DNA of 64,000 bases from a virus. The stretch spans positions 1 to 64,000 of the IMG/VR virus record IMGVR_UViG_3300032286_000719; one strand, 5' to 3'. The translations under genes were made by a program, and so were the position numbers. Numbering within the stretch: position 1 is the stretch's first letter; the number at the start of each line of letters is the position of its first letter. Positions 9,026 to 18,500 of this stretch are shown here, one piece after another. The notes under the pieces are model-generated. The model worked only from the letters and a program-made list of their open reading frames with translations. It made no database searches and was not told the origin of the DNA.

Positions 9026-10258
9026 ATGATAATAGTAACAACATTAGTTATTCCTCCTGGAGGTGATGTAGGGCCATTTAATCTTTATTCAGATTCAGAT
9101 GGGTACACAGTTCCATTTGCAACGAATGTGTCTGCTGCTGCATTGCAAGCTGGATACAGTTCAACTGTACCTAATAATGCTACAATAATTAGAGTGGTGT
9201 CTACTGGATTATGTACAAACTTTATTGATTTAAATATAAATTTAATTACTACAACAACAACAAGTAGTTCTTCAACAAGCACAAGCACTACTAGCACTAG
9301 TACATCTACTAGTAGTAGTACTACAACAACAACAACAACGTGTTGTGTTGCTCAGAACGTAACAATTGGAATTCAAACTTGGTCGTCTTGTAACTTAAAT
9401 GTTTCTACATATAGTGATGGAACTCCAATTCCTGAAGTACAAGATGATGCTGAATGGGCAGCTTTAACCACAGGTGCTTGGTGCTATTTTAATAACGATC
9501 CTGCACTTGGATGCGTTTATGGTAAATTATATAACTGGTATGCAATGGTTGGTATATGGAATGAAGCCTCAAAAACAAATCCTGCATTGAGAAAACAGCT
9601 TGCTCCAGTAGGGTATCGTGTACCATCTATGAATGGTGATGTTGATACTTTAAGTACTTTTTTAGGTGGTTATACTGTTGCAGGTGGTAAAATGAAAACT
9701 ACAAATGCATCCCCTACTCCTATTTCAGGTGATGGATATTGGTATTCACCAAATGTTGGAGCTACTAATAGTAGTGGATGGTCAGCACTTGCAGGAGGTT
9801 GGAGATCTCATGGTACTGGTAGTTTTGGATTTGAACATTTTGAAGGTAAGTGGTGGACTGATTTGGGTGTTGAGAGTGGTGTTACTGAGAATTTTTCACT
9901 TTTTTATTTACAAGCTTCTTTAAATAAGGAAAATTATTTTAATGGGTTTAAAAGTCAAGGTTCTTCTATTAGAGTATTAGCAGATGACACTGGATTAATT
10001 ATAGGACTAAGGTCAAATACTAGTCTTGATTCAGGAGATGCTTGTCTTGAAGAGTTACTAACTTATTGTTATATTGACAACAATGGAATAGAGGGAAATT
10101 GGTATAGAGTGTACACTAACTCTGCAAGGGACCCATTTGATGGAAATGATAAATTTTGGCATTTACTAGATATAAATGCAGGAATTGAAGTTAGTGCTCA
10201 AATTGATACTGATGGATTTATTACACAACCTGTTACTGTTTGTATTCCACCACCATAA
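9026..10258 (+). CDS. Decoration protein: GPF anchor domain, Thr/Ser linker, Fib_succ_major (FISUMP) domain and tip module
   Basis: VTIGIQTWSSCNLNV...GAWCYFNND...YGKLYNWYA...GGKMK...ATNSSGWSALAGG...SIR is the Fibrobacter succinogenes major-domain signature. Confidence 0.75.
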   Translation: MIIVTTLVIPPGGDVGPFNLYSDSDGYTVPFATNVSAAALQAGYSSTVPNNATIIRVVSTGLCTNFIDLNINLITTTTTSSSSTSTSTTSTSTSTSSSTTTTTTTCCVAQNVTIGIQTWSSCNLNVSTYSDGTPIPEVQDDAEWAALTTGAWCYFNNDPALGCVYGKLYNWYAMVGIWNEASKTNPALRKQLAPVGYRVPSMNGDVDTLSTFLGGYTVAGGKMKTTNASPTPISGDGYWYSPNVGATNSSGWSALAGGWRSHGTGSFGFEHFEGKWWTDLGVESGVTENFSLFYLQASLNKENYFNGFKSQGSSIRVLADDTGLIIGLRSNTSLDSGDACLEELLTYCYIDNNGIEGNWYRVYTNSARDPFDGNDKFWHLLDINAGIEVSAQIDTDGFITQPVTVCIPPP

Positions 10259-10322
10259 ATTAAACTGAATACAATAAGTAAACTATTTATAAATAAAATA
10301 ATAATATAACAAACCAAATAAT

Positions 10323-10925
10323 ATGACAGTATTAATAACATTAACAGTAGCAGGAACAGACTCTGGACCATTTAATCTTTATTCAAATCTTGATGGATAT
10401 ACATCAGCTTTTGAATCAGGAGTGAGTAGAGCAGCTCTTTTAGCAGGATACGCTTCTGCATTAGTTCCTGATTTCACAACTATTGTAAGAGTACAATCTG
10501 TAGGGGATTGTAACAATCATATCGACATACAATTGTATGCTATTAGTACAACAAGTACTAGCACAAGTAGCACAAGTAGTACAACAACTACTAGTACAAC
10601 TGTTGCTAATACATGTTATGAATTTGAAAGTGATCCTTACACCACTACATTTTCAGCTCAATATATAGATTGTAATGGTGTTGTTCAAACAGCTAATGAT
10701 ACATGTTTATCTCCACCTTGTACATATACATTGTGTGGATTTGCTGTATTATCTAGTAGTTTACCTATAAATACTGTAGGAGTTTGTGGAACAACCACTA
10801 CTACAACTACATCTACTCCAACTACCACGACCACTAGTTCTAGTTCTAGTTCAACTACTACAAGCACAACTACTATAGTTGGTCCAACAACAACAACAAC
10901 AACTACTCCTGTTACTATTCTTTAA
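10323..10925 (+). CDS. Decoration protein: GPF anchor domain, Thr/Ser linkers and a small YxDCxG domain
   Basis: N-terminus is paralogous to 9026 and 10945 (GPFNLYS...TTIVRVQSVGDC). Confidence 0.7.
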   Translation: MTVLITLTVAGTDSGPFNLYSNLDGYTSAFESGVSRAALLAGYASALVPDFTTIVRVQSVGDCNNHIDIQLYAISTTSTSTSSTSSTTTTSTTVANTCYEFESDPYTTTFSAQYIDCNGVVQTANDTCLSPPCTYTLCGFAVLSSSLPINTVGVCGTTTTTTTSTPTTTTTSSSSSSTTTSTTTIVGPTTTTTTTPVTIL

Positions 10926-10944
10926 TCTTATAATAAATAAAAAC

Positions 10945-11976
10945 ATGACAATATTGATAACATTGACTTTACCACCTGGAGGTGACGCAGGTCCTTTCAA
11001 TCTTTATTCAAACACAGATGGGTATGTTACTCCATTTGCAACAAATATATCAGCTTCAGCTTTAATTGCTGGATATACAGCTACAAACGTGCCTAATGGA
11101 ACCACTACAATAAGAGTGCAGTCTGTAGGTGTATGTACAAACTTTGTTAATGTACAAGTTAATGTACTTCCTACTACAACAACAACTAGTAGTACATCTA
11201 CAAGTAGCACATCTACCACTACAAGTACTAGCACTACAGCTGTTCCAACTACCACTACAACTAGTAGTAGTTCAACAAGCACATCAACAACAAGCACATC
11301 AACATCAACCAGCACCAGTACATCTACAAGTTCAACTACTACTAGTACAACTACAGCAACCCCTACAACAACCACTACCACTACTCCAAGTGAGAATAAC
11401 TTAATTATTAATAATCAACAGTCAAGTGTTATAGTAGAAGGAATAACAGCAGGACCTTGTCCTGTAGCAAGTAGTGTACCTTTTGGTCCAGGAGGTGTTG
11501 ATTATGGATCTATTGGAACTTGTAATTCTGATATTGGTTTGGTATTTTCTGGAGTTTCTCCTGGTGATCATTGTATGTCACTTATTATAAATGGTATAAT
11601 AGAAGATGAGGTAACCTTTAATACAAATGGAACACATACATTTACTTTAACTCCACCAATTGCTAGTAATGATATAGTTGTAATAGTAATTAGAGATGGT
11701 GAATGTTTATCAGCTAGAGAAGGAGTTGTTTCAGCAACATCTGATCCATCAGATCCTTGTTCAATACCAATGACAATCCCTTGTTGGGTAGATGGTAATA
11801 CAGATATTGTCAATGGATTAACTGTATATACAGATATGTCAATGCTACAAGCATATAAATTTGTAGGTGATGGAGATTTTTATCACATAATATTAAATGA
11901 TTTTGGTCAGGATTACAGTACAATAATAACTAATGCTGGACTAATAGATACAGCAGTACCAGGAATATGTTTATAA
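10945..11976 (+). CDS. Decoration protein: GPF anchor domain, Thr/Ser linker and two tip domains
   Basis: The likely start is ATG 10945 (MTILITLTLPPGGDAGPFNLYS); paralogue of the 9026 and 10323 N-termini. Confidence 0.7.
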   Translation: MTILITLTLPPGGDAGPFNLYSNTDGYVTPFATNISASALIAGYTATNVPNGTTTIRVQSVGVCTNFVNVQVNVLPTTTTTSSTSTSSTSTTTSTSTTAVPTTTTTSSSSTSTSTTSTSTSTSTSTSTSSTTTSTTTATPTTTTTTTPSENNLIINNQQSSVIVEGITAGPCPVASSVPFGPGGVDYGSIGTCNSDIGLVFSGVSPGDHCMSLIINGIIEDEVTFNTNGTHTFTLTPPIASNDIVVIVIRDGECLSAREGVVSATSDPSDPCSIPMTIPCWVDGNTDIVNGLTVYTDMSMLQAYKFVGDGDFYHIILNDFGQDYSTIITNAGLIDTAVPGICL

Positions 11977-12017
11977 TAATAATAAAAAAATCATAGTTTG
12001 TTGGTTTTCTGTGATTT

Positions 12018-12050
12018 CTCCTCAAGGGTTTCCTTGGGGAGTTTTTGTTT
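12018..12050 (+). terminator. Rho-independent terminator
   Basis: ctcctcaagg-gttt-ccttggggag hairpin followed by tttttgttt. Confidence 0.8.
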
Positions 12051-12051
12051 C

Positions 12052-12127
12052 TAACTAATTTAGTTATAAATAATTACAGCTCTAACTAGAATTATTTGGA
12101 ATATATAAAAACTATTATTTATCTTTA
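12052..12127 (+). promoter_or_regulatory. Palindromic operator plus Bacteroidota-type promoter
   Basis: TAACTAA-T-TTAGTTA perfect inverted repeat at 12052-12066. TTTG at 12095-98, a 21-nt spacer, then TATCTTTA at 12120-27 (TAnnTTTG-like). Confidence 0.55.
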
Positions 12128-12156
12128 CAATATTTTTTTAACTAATATGAGTACAT

Positions 12157-13371
12157 ATGTCTGATTATCAAAGCTTATTAGGTCAATTGCAAGAATTACT
12201 GACACAAAAAAAGAGTAAGAAATTCTATGCTGAAAGACTTGGAATAAGTGAATATGAAGTTAATGAGCTTTTAAAAGAGCTTAGGGAGAAGGACAATTAT
12301 CAAAACGCAGAAGGAAAAAACTATATAGAAGAACGAAAAGTAAATGTTGAAAAGGGTACAATAGAAAGTACAATTGTATCTGATTTTGATCCTAAAGATG
12401 ATCTTGAACTAGCTAAGCTACACAAGATAAACCTAGATAAATACATCATAACCAACTACTGGTCTAAGATGTTACCAAGTGGAAAGTTCACTTCCTCAAT
12501 CTTTTCTAAGAGAAAAGAAGCAAAAGATTACTCACCTGAGGACTTTGCTAAGTTTTTAGAAAACTACAAACCAGCCAATATATTAGTTACCAAAATACCT
12601 AACTTCAAAGATGTGGTAAATGTAGAGATATCTCTATCTGACTACCACTTAGCTAAGAGAACTGTAGATGGTGATAACAGTGTTGAAGCAAGAGCTAAAC
12701 GATATCTTGATGTGGCTCAATCTTTGATTAACAAAGTTGTATCTAATTATCATATAGACACTGTTATATTGCCTATATCGAATGATTTCTTTCACACAGA
12801 TAACTATCAACATCAAACTACAAATGGTACCCCACAAGACACTATAATGGATTATTCAGAAGAATATGAATTAGGGTTTTCTATTCTTGTAGATACAATC
12901 AACATGTTGAGACAGTATGCAAATCAAGTGGTGGTAGTCTTAGTACAGGGTAACCATGATAGAACTAAATCTTTCTACCTAGCACATGCGTTAGATGTAT
13001 TCTTTAAAGACACACATGATGTAGATTTTATAAGAGAACATAGTGTAGTTAAGGGAATCACATTAGGAAATACATTCATTGGTTGGCACCATGGTAACTG
13101 TAAGATAGAAGATCTTCCATTATTGTTTGCAACACATTCTCAATATAGTCAAGCATTTGGTAATGCTAAATACAGAGAGGTGCATACAGGAGATAAACAT
13201 CACTACATGGCTAAAGAAATCAAGGGAGTGAGAATACAACAAATGCCTAGTCTTTCAGGAACTGATAGATGGCACTTAGATAATAACTACGTACATTCAG
13301 TAAGAGCTGCTCTAGCATTAGTATATGATCTTGAGCTTGGTAAGATTGCTGAATTTGAAAGTCGAATATAA
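12157..13371 (+). CDS. Calcineurin-like metallophosphoesterase with N-terminal HTH
   Basis: Motifs SDYH, NDFFH, GNHD, HHG and GDKHH; N-terminal YAERLGISEYEVNELL helix-turn-helix. Confidence 0.8.
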   Translation: MSDYQSLLGQLQELLTQKKSKKFYAERLGISEYEVNELLKELREKDNYQNAEGKNYIEERKVNVEKGTIESTIVSDFDPKDDLELAKLHKINLDKYIITNYWSKMLPSGKFTSSIFSKRKEAKDYSPEDFAKFLENYKPANILVTKIPNFKDVVNVEISLSDYHLAKRTVDGDNSVEARAKRYLDVAQSLINKVVSNYHIDTVILPISNDFFHTDNYQHQTTNGTPQDTIMDYSEEYELGFSILVDTINMLRQYANQVVVVLVQGNHDRTKSFYLAHALDVFFKDTHDVDFIREHSVVKGITLGNTFIGWHHGNCKIEDLPLLFATHSQYSQAFGNAKYREVHTGDKHHYMAKEIKGVRIQQMPSLSGTDRWHLDNNYVHSVRAALALVYDLELGKIAEFESRI

Positions 13372-13373
13372 TT

Positions 13374-14102
13374 ATGGCAACATTAAGAAAATTAGTCAGT
13401 GATGTTAGAAGTGTCCACAAGATACTTTCTACAGATAGTCTCATCACAGATAGAGCTATTGCTTCTGAGATCAGAAACAATGCTCTATTACTTATTAAGA
13501 GAGAAACCAATCTTAGAAAACTTTGGGCAACTGACACATTGTTCACTACAATTCCTTGTTTAGAGATGGTAGAAGTACCTATCTCTGAATGTTGCAACTA
13601 TGTAGATGAATGTAGTATTGCAAGAACTAAGTTTAAACTTCCACGTATATCAGAAGGTAATTACCAATATGTAATACAAGGAGTTTATTCTATTAATGCA
13701 TTAGGTGGTCAAGGAAAGAAGTTAAAAGAGATTACTATAAATAGATACATCAATCTATTGAAGCTTCCTATAATCAAGAAAGAAGAATACTATTGGATTA
13801 CTAATGGTTATTTATATGTGAACAATCCTTTGCTTAAATCAATTAGATTTGTAGCATTGTTTGAAGAAGATGTAGAGAATGAAATCATGTATCCAGAATG
13901 TGGATGTGGTTCTCCTGATTATACAAATGAACAATTATGTATGAACCCATTAGATAAAGAGTTTGCTCTTCCAGGATATCTAGAACAACAGGTGTTACAA
14001 CTTACATCACAAAAACTTCTAACTACTTATTTTAATCTTAAAACAGATATAAGTCAAGAAGGAATAGATGGCCAAGCACCTAATGCAAAACCAACTAATT
14101 AA
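13374..14102 (+). CDS. Tail ring protein
   Basis: 242 aa. The IPCLEMVEV...KLPRI...YYWITNGYLYV...EFALPGYL pattern and position before the IHF-like gene match crAss ring proteins. Confidence 0.6.
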   Translation: MATLRKLVSDVRSVHKILSTDSLITDRAIASEIRNNALLLIKRETNLRKLWATDTLFTTIPCLEMVEVPISECCNYVDECSIARTKFKLPRISEGNYQYVIQGVYSINALGGQGKKLKEITINRYINLLKLPIIKKEEYYWITNGYLYVNNPLLKSIRFVALFEEDVENEIMYPECGCGSPDYTNEQLCMNPLDKEFALPGYLEQQVLQLTSQKLLTTYFNLKTDISQEGIDGQAPNAKPTN

Positions 14103-14581
14103 TGAGAACAAAGGTTGATTGGAGAAGTTCTAGTAAGGACAACTATAATAGTTTCTGTAAAAAACATCCATCTATAAAACTAACATATGATGAATGGAGA
14201 AATGTCTTATACACTTACAATGAATTTTTTAAAGAATACATATTAGAAACAGGAGAGAAGGTAAAACTTCCTTTTGGATTTGGAGAGTTCTCTATCAACA
14301 AGAAGAAAAGAAGAAAACTAAAGAACAATGTAGATGGTAAAGAGTTTGTTAATCTTCCCATAGATTGGCAAAAGACCAGAGAGAAAGGAAAGGTGATCTA
14401 CAACTTTAATTACCACACAGAAGGTTATTTCTTTGGTTGGATGTGGTTTAAGAACACAGCAAGATTTAAAAACTCTGACCTATGGTATTTCAAACCTTCT
14501 AGACTAACATCAAGACTTTTGTCACATTACTTAAAGACCAACGACAAGTATCAATATATCTATAACGAATGGAAAAAATAA
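14102..14581 (+). CDS. IHF/HU-like DNA-binding protein (crAss 'gene 53' family)
   Basis: Basic 159-aa protein with VKLPFGFGEFSINKKK (HU-like beta arm) and IDWQKT...NYHTEGY...FKPSR. Confidence 0.7.
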   Translation: MRTKVDWRSSSKDNYNSFCKKHPSIKLTYDEWRNVLYTYNEFFKEYILETGEKVKLPFGFGEFSINKKKRRKLKNNVDGKEFVNLPIDWQKTREKGKVIYNFNYHTEGYFFGWMWFKNTARFKNSDLWYFKPSRLTSRLLSHYLKTNDKYQYIYNEWKK

Positions 14582-14584
14582 ATT

Positions 14585-15559
14585 ATGTCGTACTACTATA
14601 AATACAATTTCGTATCCCCAGAGCCTGTCTATTCAACAGTTAAAGAAGAACTTAAGAGTTATTTCGATACTGGTGCAGTGGATGATCTTTTATTTCCTAC
14701 TTACTTAGACAAAGCTCTTAAGAAGTTAGGAAGAACAACCTTTGTTATAAGTGAAGAGATCTTATATATAGAAGACTTTCAAGCTAGACTTCCTGATAAC
14801 TTTTATGCAGTGAGAGAAGCTTGGATGTGTACAGCAGTGAATGGTTTTCCATATCAAGATGCTAACTCATTTTATTCTCAAGCAGCTAATGCAACAACTA
14901 TACAAGTCTCTCCATTAACTATTGGAGGTACACCTTGTAACAATCCTGGTTGTCAGAATTCAGCTTGTGATGGTACGTGTATGCCAACATTAGTGCAAGC
15001 TGTTTATAAAACAAACAATAGTACACCTAGACAATTTACTCATGAGTATTTACTTAGACCTGGTAATATATCTGCAAGACAAAACTGTGGTGTAGATTAT
15101 ACAAGTGCTTGGGAATTCTATGCTGAAGCTCCTCCTATTCATCAGTTCACACCTGGTTCTGCTAGTCATGACTCATTTGACATTAGAGACAATAAGTTTG
15201 TAACAAACTTCAGAAATGGTATTGTTCACTTGTTATTCTATGCTACAGAGTATGATGATATAGGAAATCAAATGATTCCTGATAATTATCGTATAAGAGA
15301 ATATGTAGAAGCATTCATTAAGTTCAAAGTGTTTGAGATGCTTACTAATCAAACCAATGATGAAACATTCAATCAGTTACAACAAAAGATGATGTATCAC
15401 AAGCAAGCTTATGAAGAATCATATATCATGGCTGAGATTGAAATGAAGAAACAATCTCCTTGGGAAAAACAAAGAAGAATCAAAAATGATCTTAACAGAT
15501 TTAACATGTATGAACTTCCAAATCGTACTAACAGGTATGGTAGAAGACGTAATAATTAA
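14585..15559 (+). CDS. Tail tubular / ring protein 1
   Basis: 324 aa with ARLPDNF...FVTNFRNGIVHLLFYA...GNQMIPD; lies directly upstream of the stabilization gene. Confidence 0.65.
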   Translation: MSYYYKYNFVSPEPVYSTVKEELKSYFDTGAVDDLLFPTYLDKALKKLGRTTFVISEEILYIEDFQARLPDNFYAVREAWMCTAVNGFPYQDANSFYSQAANATTIQVSPLTIGGTPCNNPGCQNSACDGTCMPTLVQAVYKTNNSTPRQFTHEYLLRPGNISARQNCGVDYTSAWEFYAEAPPIHQFTPGSASHDSFDIRDNKFVTNFRNGIVHLLFYATEYDDIGNQMIPDNYRIREYVEAFIKFKVFEMLTNQTNDETFNQLQQKMMYHKQAYEESYIMAEIEMKKQSPWEKQRRIKNDLNRFNMYELPNRTNRYGRRRNN

Positions 15560-15567
15560 TACACATC

Positions 15568-18500
15568 ATGGCTGAAGAACAATCAAGAAATAACATAAAT
15601 CAAGAATCTAACACTGCAATTACTGGTCTAAACTTAGATAGCTCTGTAAATCAAGTTAAACAAGGTTCATTGACCTATGCGTTAAATGCTGCAATTGAAA
15701 ATTTTGATGGTAATATAGTTAACTATCAAAATGAAATGGGTAATGATTTATGTGTCACCTTTCCAAAATCTTATTTACTAATTGGTACTCATTTCATTAA
15801 TGAGAAGAATAAACATATATTCTTTCTTTTAAATCCTTTGACATCACTGAGTCAAATTGGATATATGGAAAACAATGATTGTATCTATCATGTATTAGTA
15901 GAAGCTGCATGTCTTAATTTTAACGTTGATCATCCTATACATAAAGTTGTACATAAGATTACAAACTGTACAATAGAGTTATATTGGACAGATGGATTAA
16001 ACCCAAGAAGATGGTTAGACATAAATAATATTCCTTATTTATTGACACCTGGAGCAGATCTTTGTAACCCTGAGTTTACAAATGAATTAGATTGTAATCA
16101 AATTAAGATACAACCTAACTTTAGTATTCCTCAACTTAAAGTTGTAGATGTTAGATCTGGAGGAGAACTTATATCAGGAACTTATCAGTTTGCTATACAA
16201 TATTGTGATCCTGTAGGTAATCCATACACTTCTTATTACTCAGTAACAAACCCCACTCCTATAGTAGATTTAACAATAGCCACTGTAAATTTCAACACTC
16301 CTGTAAGTAAATCTATTGTAGTGGATATAACAGATCTTGATGTTACAGGACAATTTCAATACTATAATATAGCTGTAATTAAAACAATCAACAATGTTTC
16401 ATCTGTTGAGTTAGTAGGTACATATTTTATTGAAGAAAACTACGATCAAATTATATACACTGGAGAGGATCAAACTGCAACACAACTAACTATTGCTGAT
16501 ATATTTGAGAAATTTCCTTATTACGAAATAGCACAAGATATTACATCTGTACAAGATATTCTTGTATGGGACAACCTTACATCTATTAGTAGAATCAACT
16601 ATCAATCAATAGCTAGTCAAATAACTGTTCAATGGGAATCATATAGAATACCTGCTAATGAAAGTTATGAAGATGAGCTCAATGCTACAAACCTACGTGG
16701 TTATCTACGTGATGAGGTGTATGCACTTGAGATTGTGTTCCTATTAAAGAATGGAAAACAAACAGATGGTTTTCATATTCCTGGAAGAGAACAAAACTTT
16801 AATGAGTTTTCTCAACCAGATATACCTGATACGAGTGCTGACTTTATTGGTGAACCTGATTACTATTCAGGTGGTGTAGGATATAGTCCTTATTGGAAAA
16901 TATATAATACAGCTTCTGTTACTGGATCTTCTCCAGGATATTCTCCTGACCCTGCTTACAAAGGACCATATCAATATGGCCAAATGGCGTATTGGGAATC
17001 TACAGAAGAGTATCCTTGTAATGAAGATCTTTGGGGTGATCTTGCTGGTAAAAATATTAGACACCACAAATTTCCAGATGTATTAGTTTCTCCTATAAAT
17101 GAAACAAAGATATTCTCAGGTCCTACAACAATGGTGATGGGTAATGATGCTGTATTTCCTATTGGTATTAAGATAGATATTGGTCAGATATCAAATCTTA
17201 TATACAACTCTAATTTAACTGATGATGAAAAGAGTGAGATAGCAGCGTTTAAAATCATTAGAGGTAACAGAGGAGTACATAAATCTATTATAGCTAAAGG
17301 AATACTTCGTAATGTTAACTCTTATGAAAGAGAAGACCAATATTATTATTATCCAAATTACCCATATAATGAAACAGGTCCTGACGATGATCCATTCTTA
17401 AATGAGACGAACAATGCATGGACAGACATATGTGAACCATGGGAGATTAATGTATTAGAATTTAATCTACCTGAAGGTCCTGGTCCATATACATATGCAG
17501 AAGTTGAATACACTAGTTGTAACAATGATAAAATTGGTAAAAAACAATACAATAAAATAGGTAAACATACATTGTGCTCTATTACTAGACCTGTACCACA
17601 AGGAAATGGACCATTCAATAGAATGAGACTTAATAGAGCAAGTCTTGAGACTCCTGTTCCAGGAACAAAGATGAATGTGTCTCCAATGAATTATGATATT
17701 TATAAACTTCAAGTTAAGACAAATTTTCTTGGACTTCCTAGAGCTGGATGGAGAGCTCAATGGCAAGATACAGTGACAGGAATAACTGATTTTTGGGTAT
17801 GCTGTGGAAGAAGTTATTTTGTTAATTGTATAAAAGGAACTCGACCAGTTAGCATACAGAATAATACTGATAGAATTTCTGGACCAGAAGAAATTAGAGT
17901 TTCTGATTGTAAAACTGAAGCTCCTCAAAAACCTGTATCTGCTAAACCAGAACTAGCATACAGACAAGTATTTAATTCTCCAGAAACATCTTTTGGACAA
18001 CCTTTCTTAGGTGATATATTAAAGATTGAGAATGTAATATTTGGTAAAGGACTTGGTCACTTTGTTGAAGTGAGAGGTAATGCTAAATATAAATTGCTTA
18101 CAGAACAAGCACAAAGAGATGCTCTTCAGGCTTCACAAAATATTGCTAATCTTGGTGGTTTCAGTGCAACAGCAATGTTTACTGTATACCAATCATATCT
18201 AACTATTTATATTAATGGTATTACAAGAAGAAACTATGCTTATTCATATAACTCAATAGCTGATTATAATTATAATGTAGGAGTGGGTAATAACATTACA
18301 ATGAATGGTGTTACAGGTATCAAACAAAGACCACTTGACATTAAGAGATATCTTATCCCTGGTGTACAATCTGTTGGTGATACAATTGTTGTTAATGGTG
18401 TTACTAAAAACGCTCCCATCAACAATTATAGAAGAGAGTCAACTGTTTATTTAAGAACATCGCTTTTTAGAGAAGATGGAGTTACAGCAGTACCACCATT

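Noticed and set aside
4432-11390. CRISPR array or microsatellite
   Set aside because: The repeats are degenerate in-frame codon runs without constant repeat/unique spacer structure.
4311-11404. Many Val/Leu-rich minus-strand ORFs and Gln/Leu-rich alternative-frame plus-strand ORFs
   Set aside because: They are shadows of the ACN/AGT Thr/Ser codon tracts, which lack stops in other frames; they are not independent genes.
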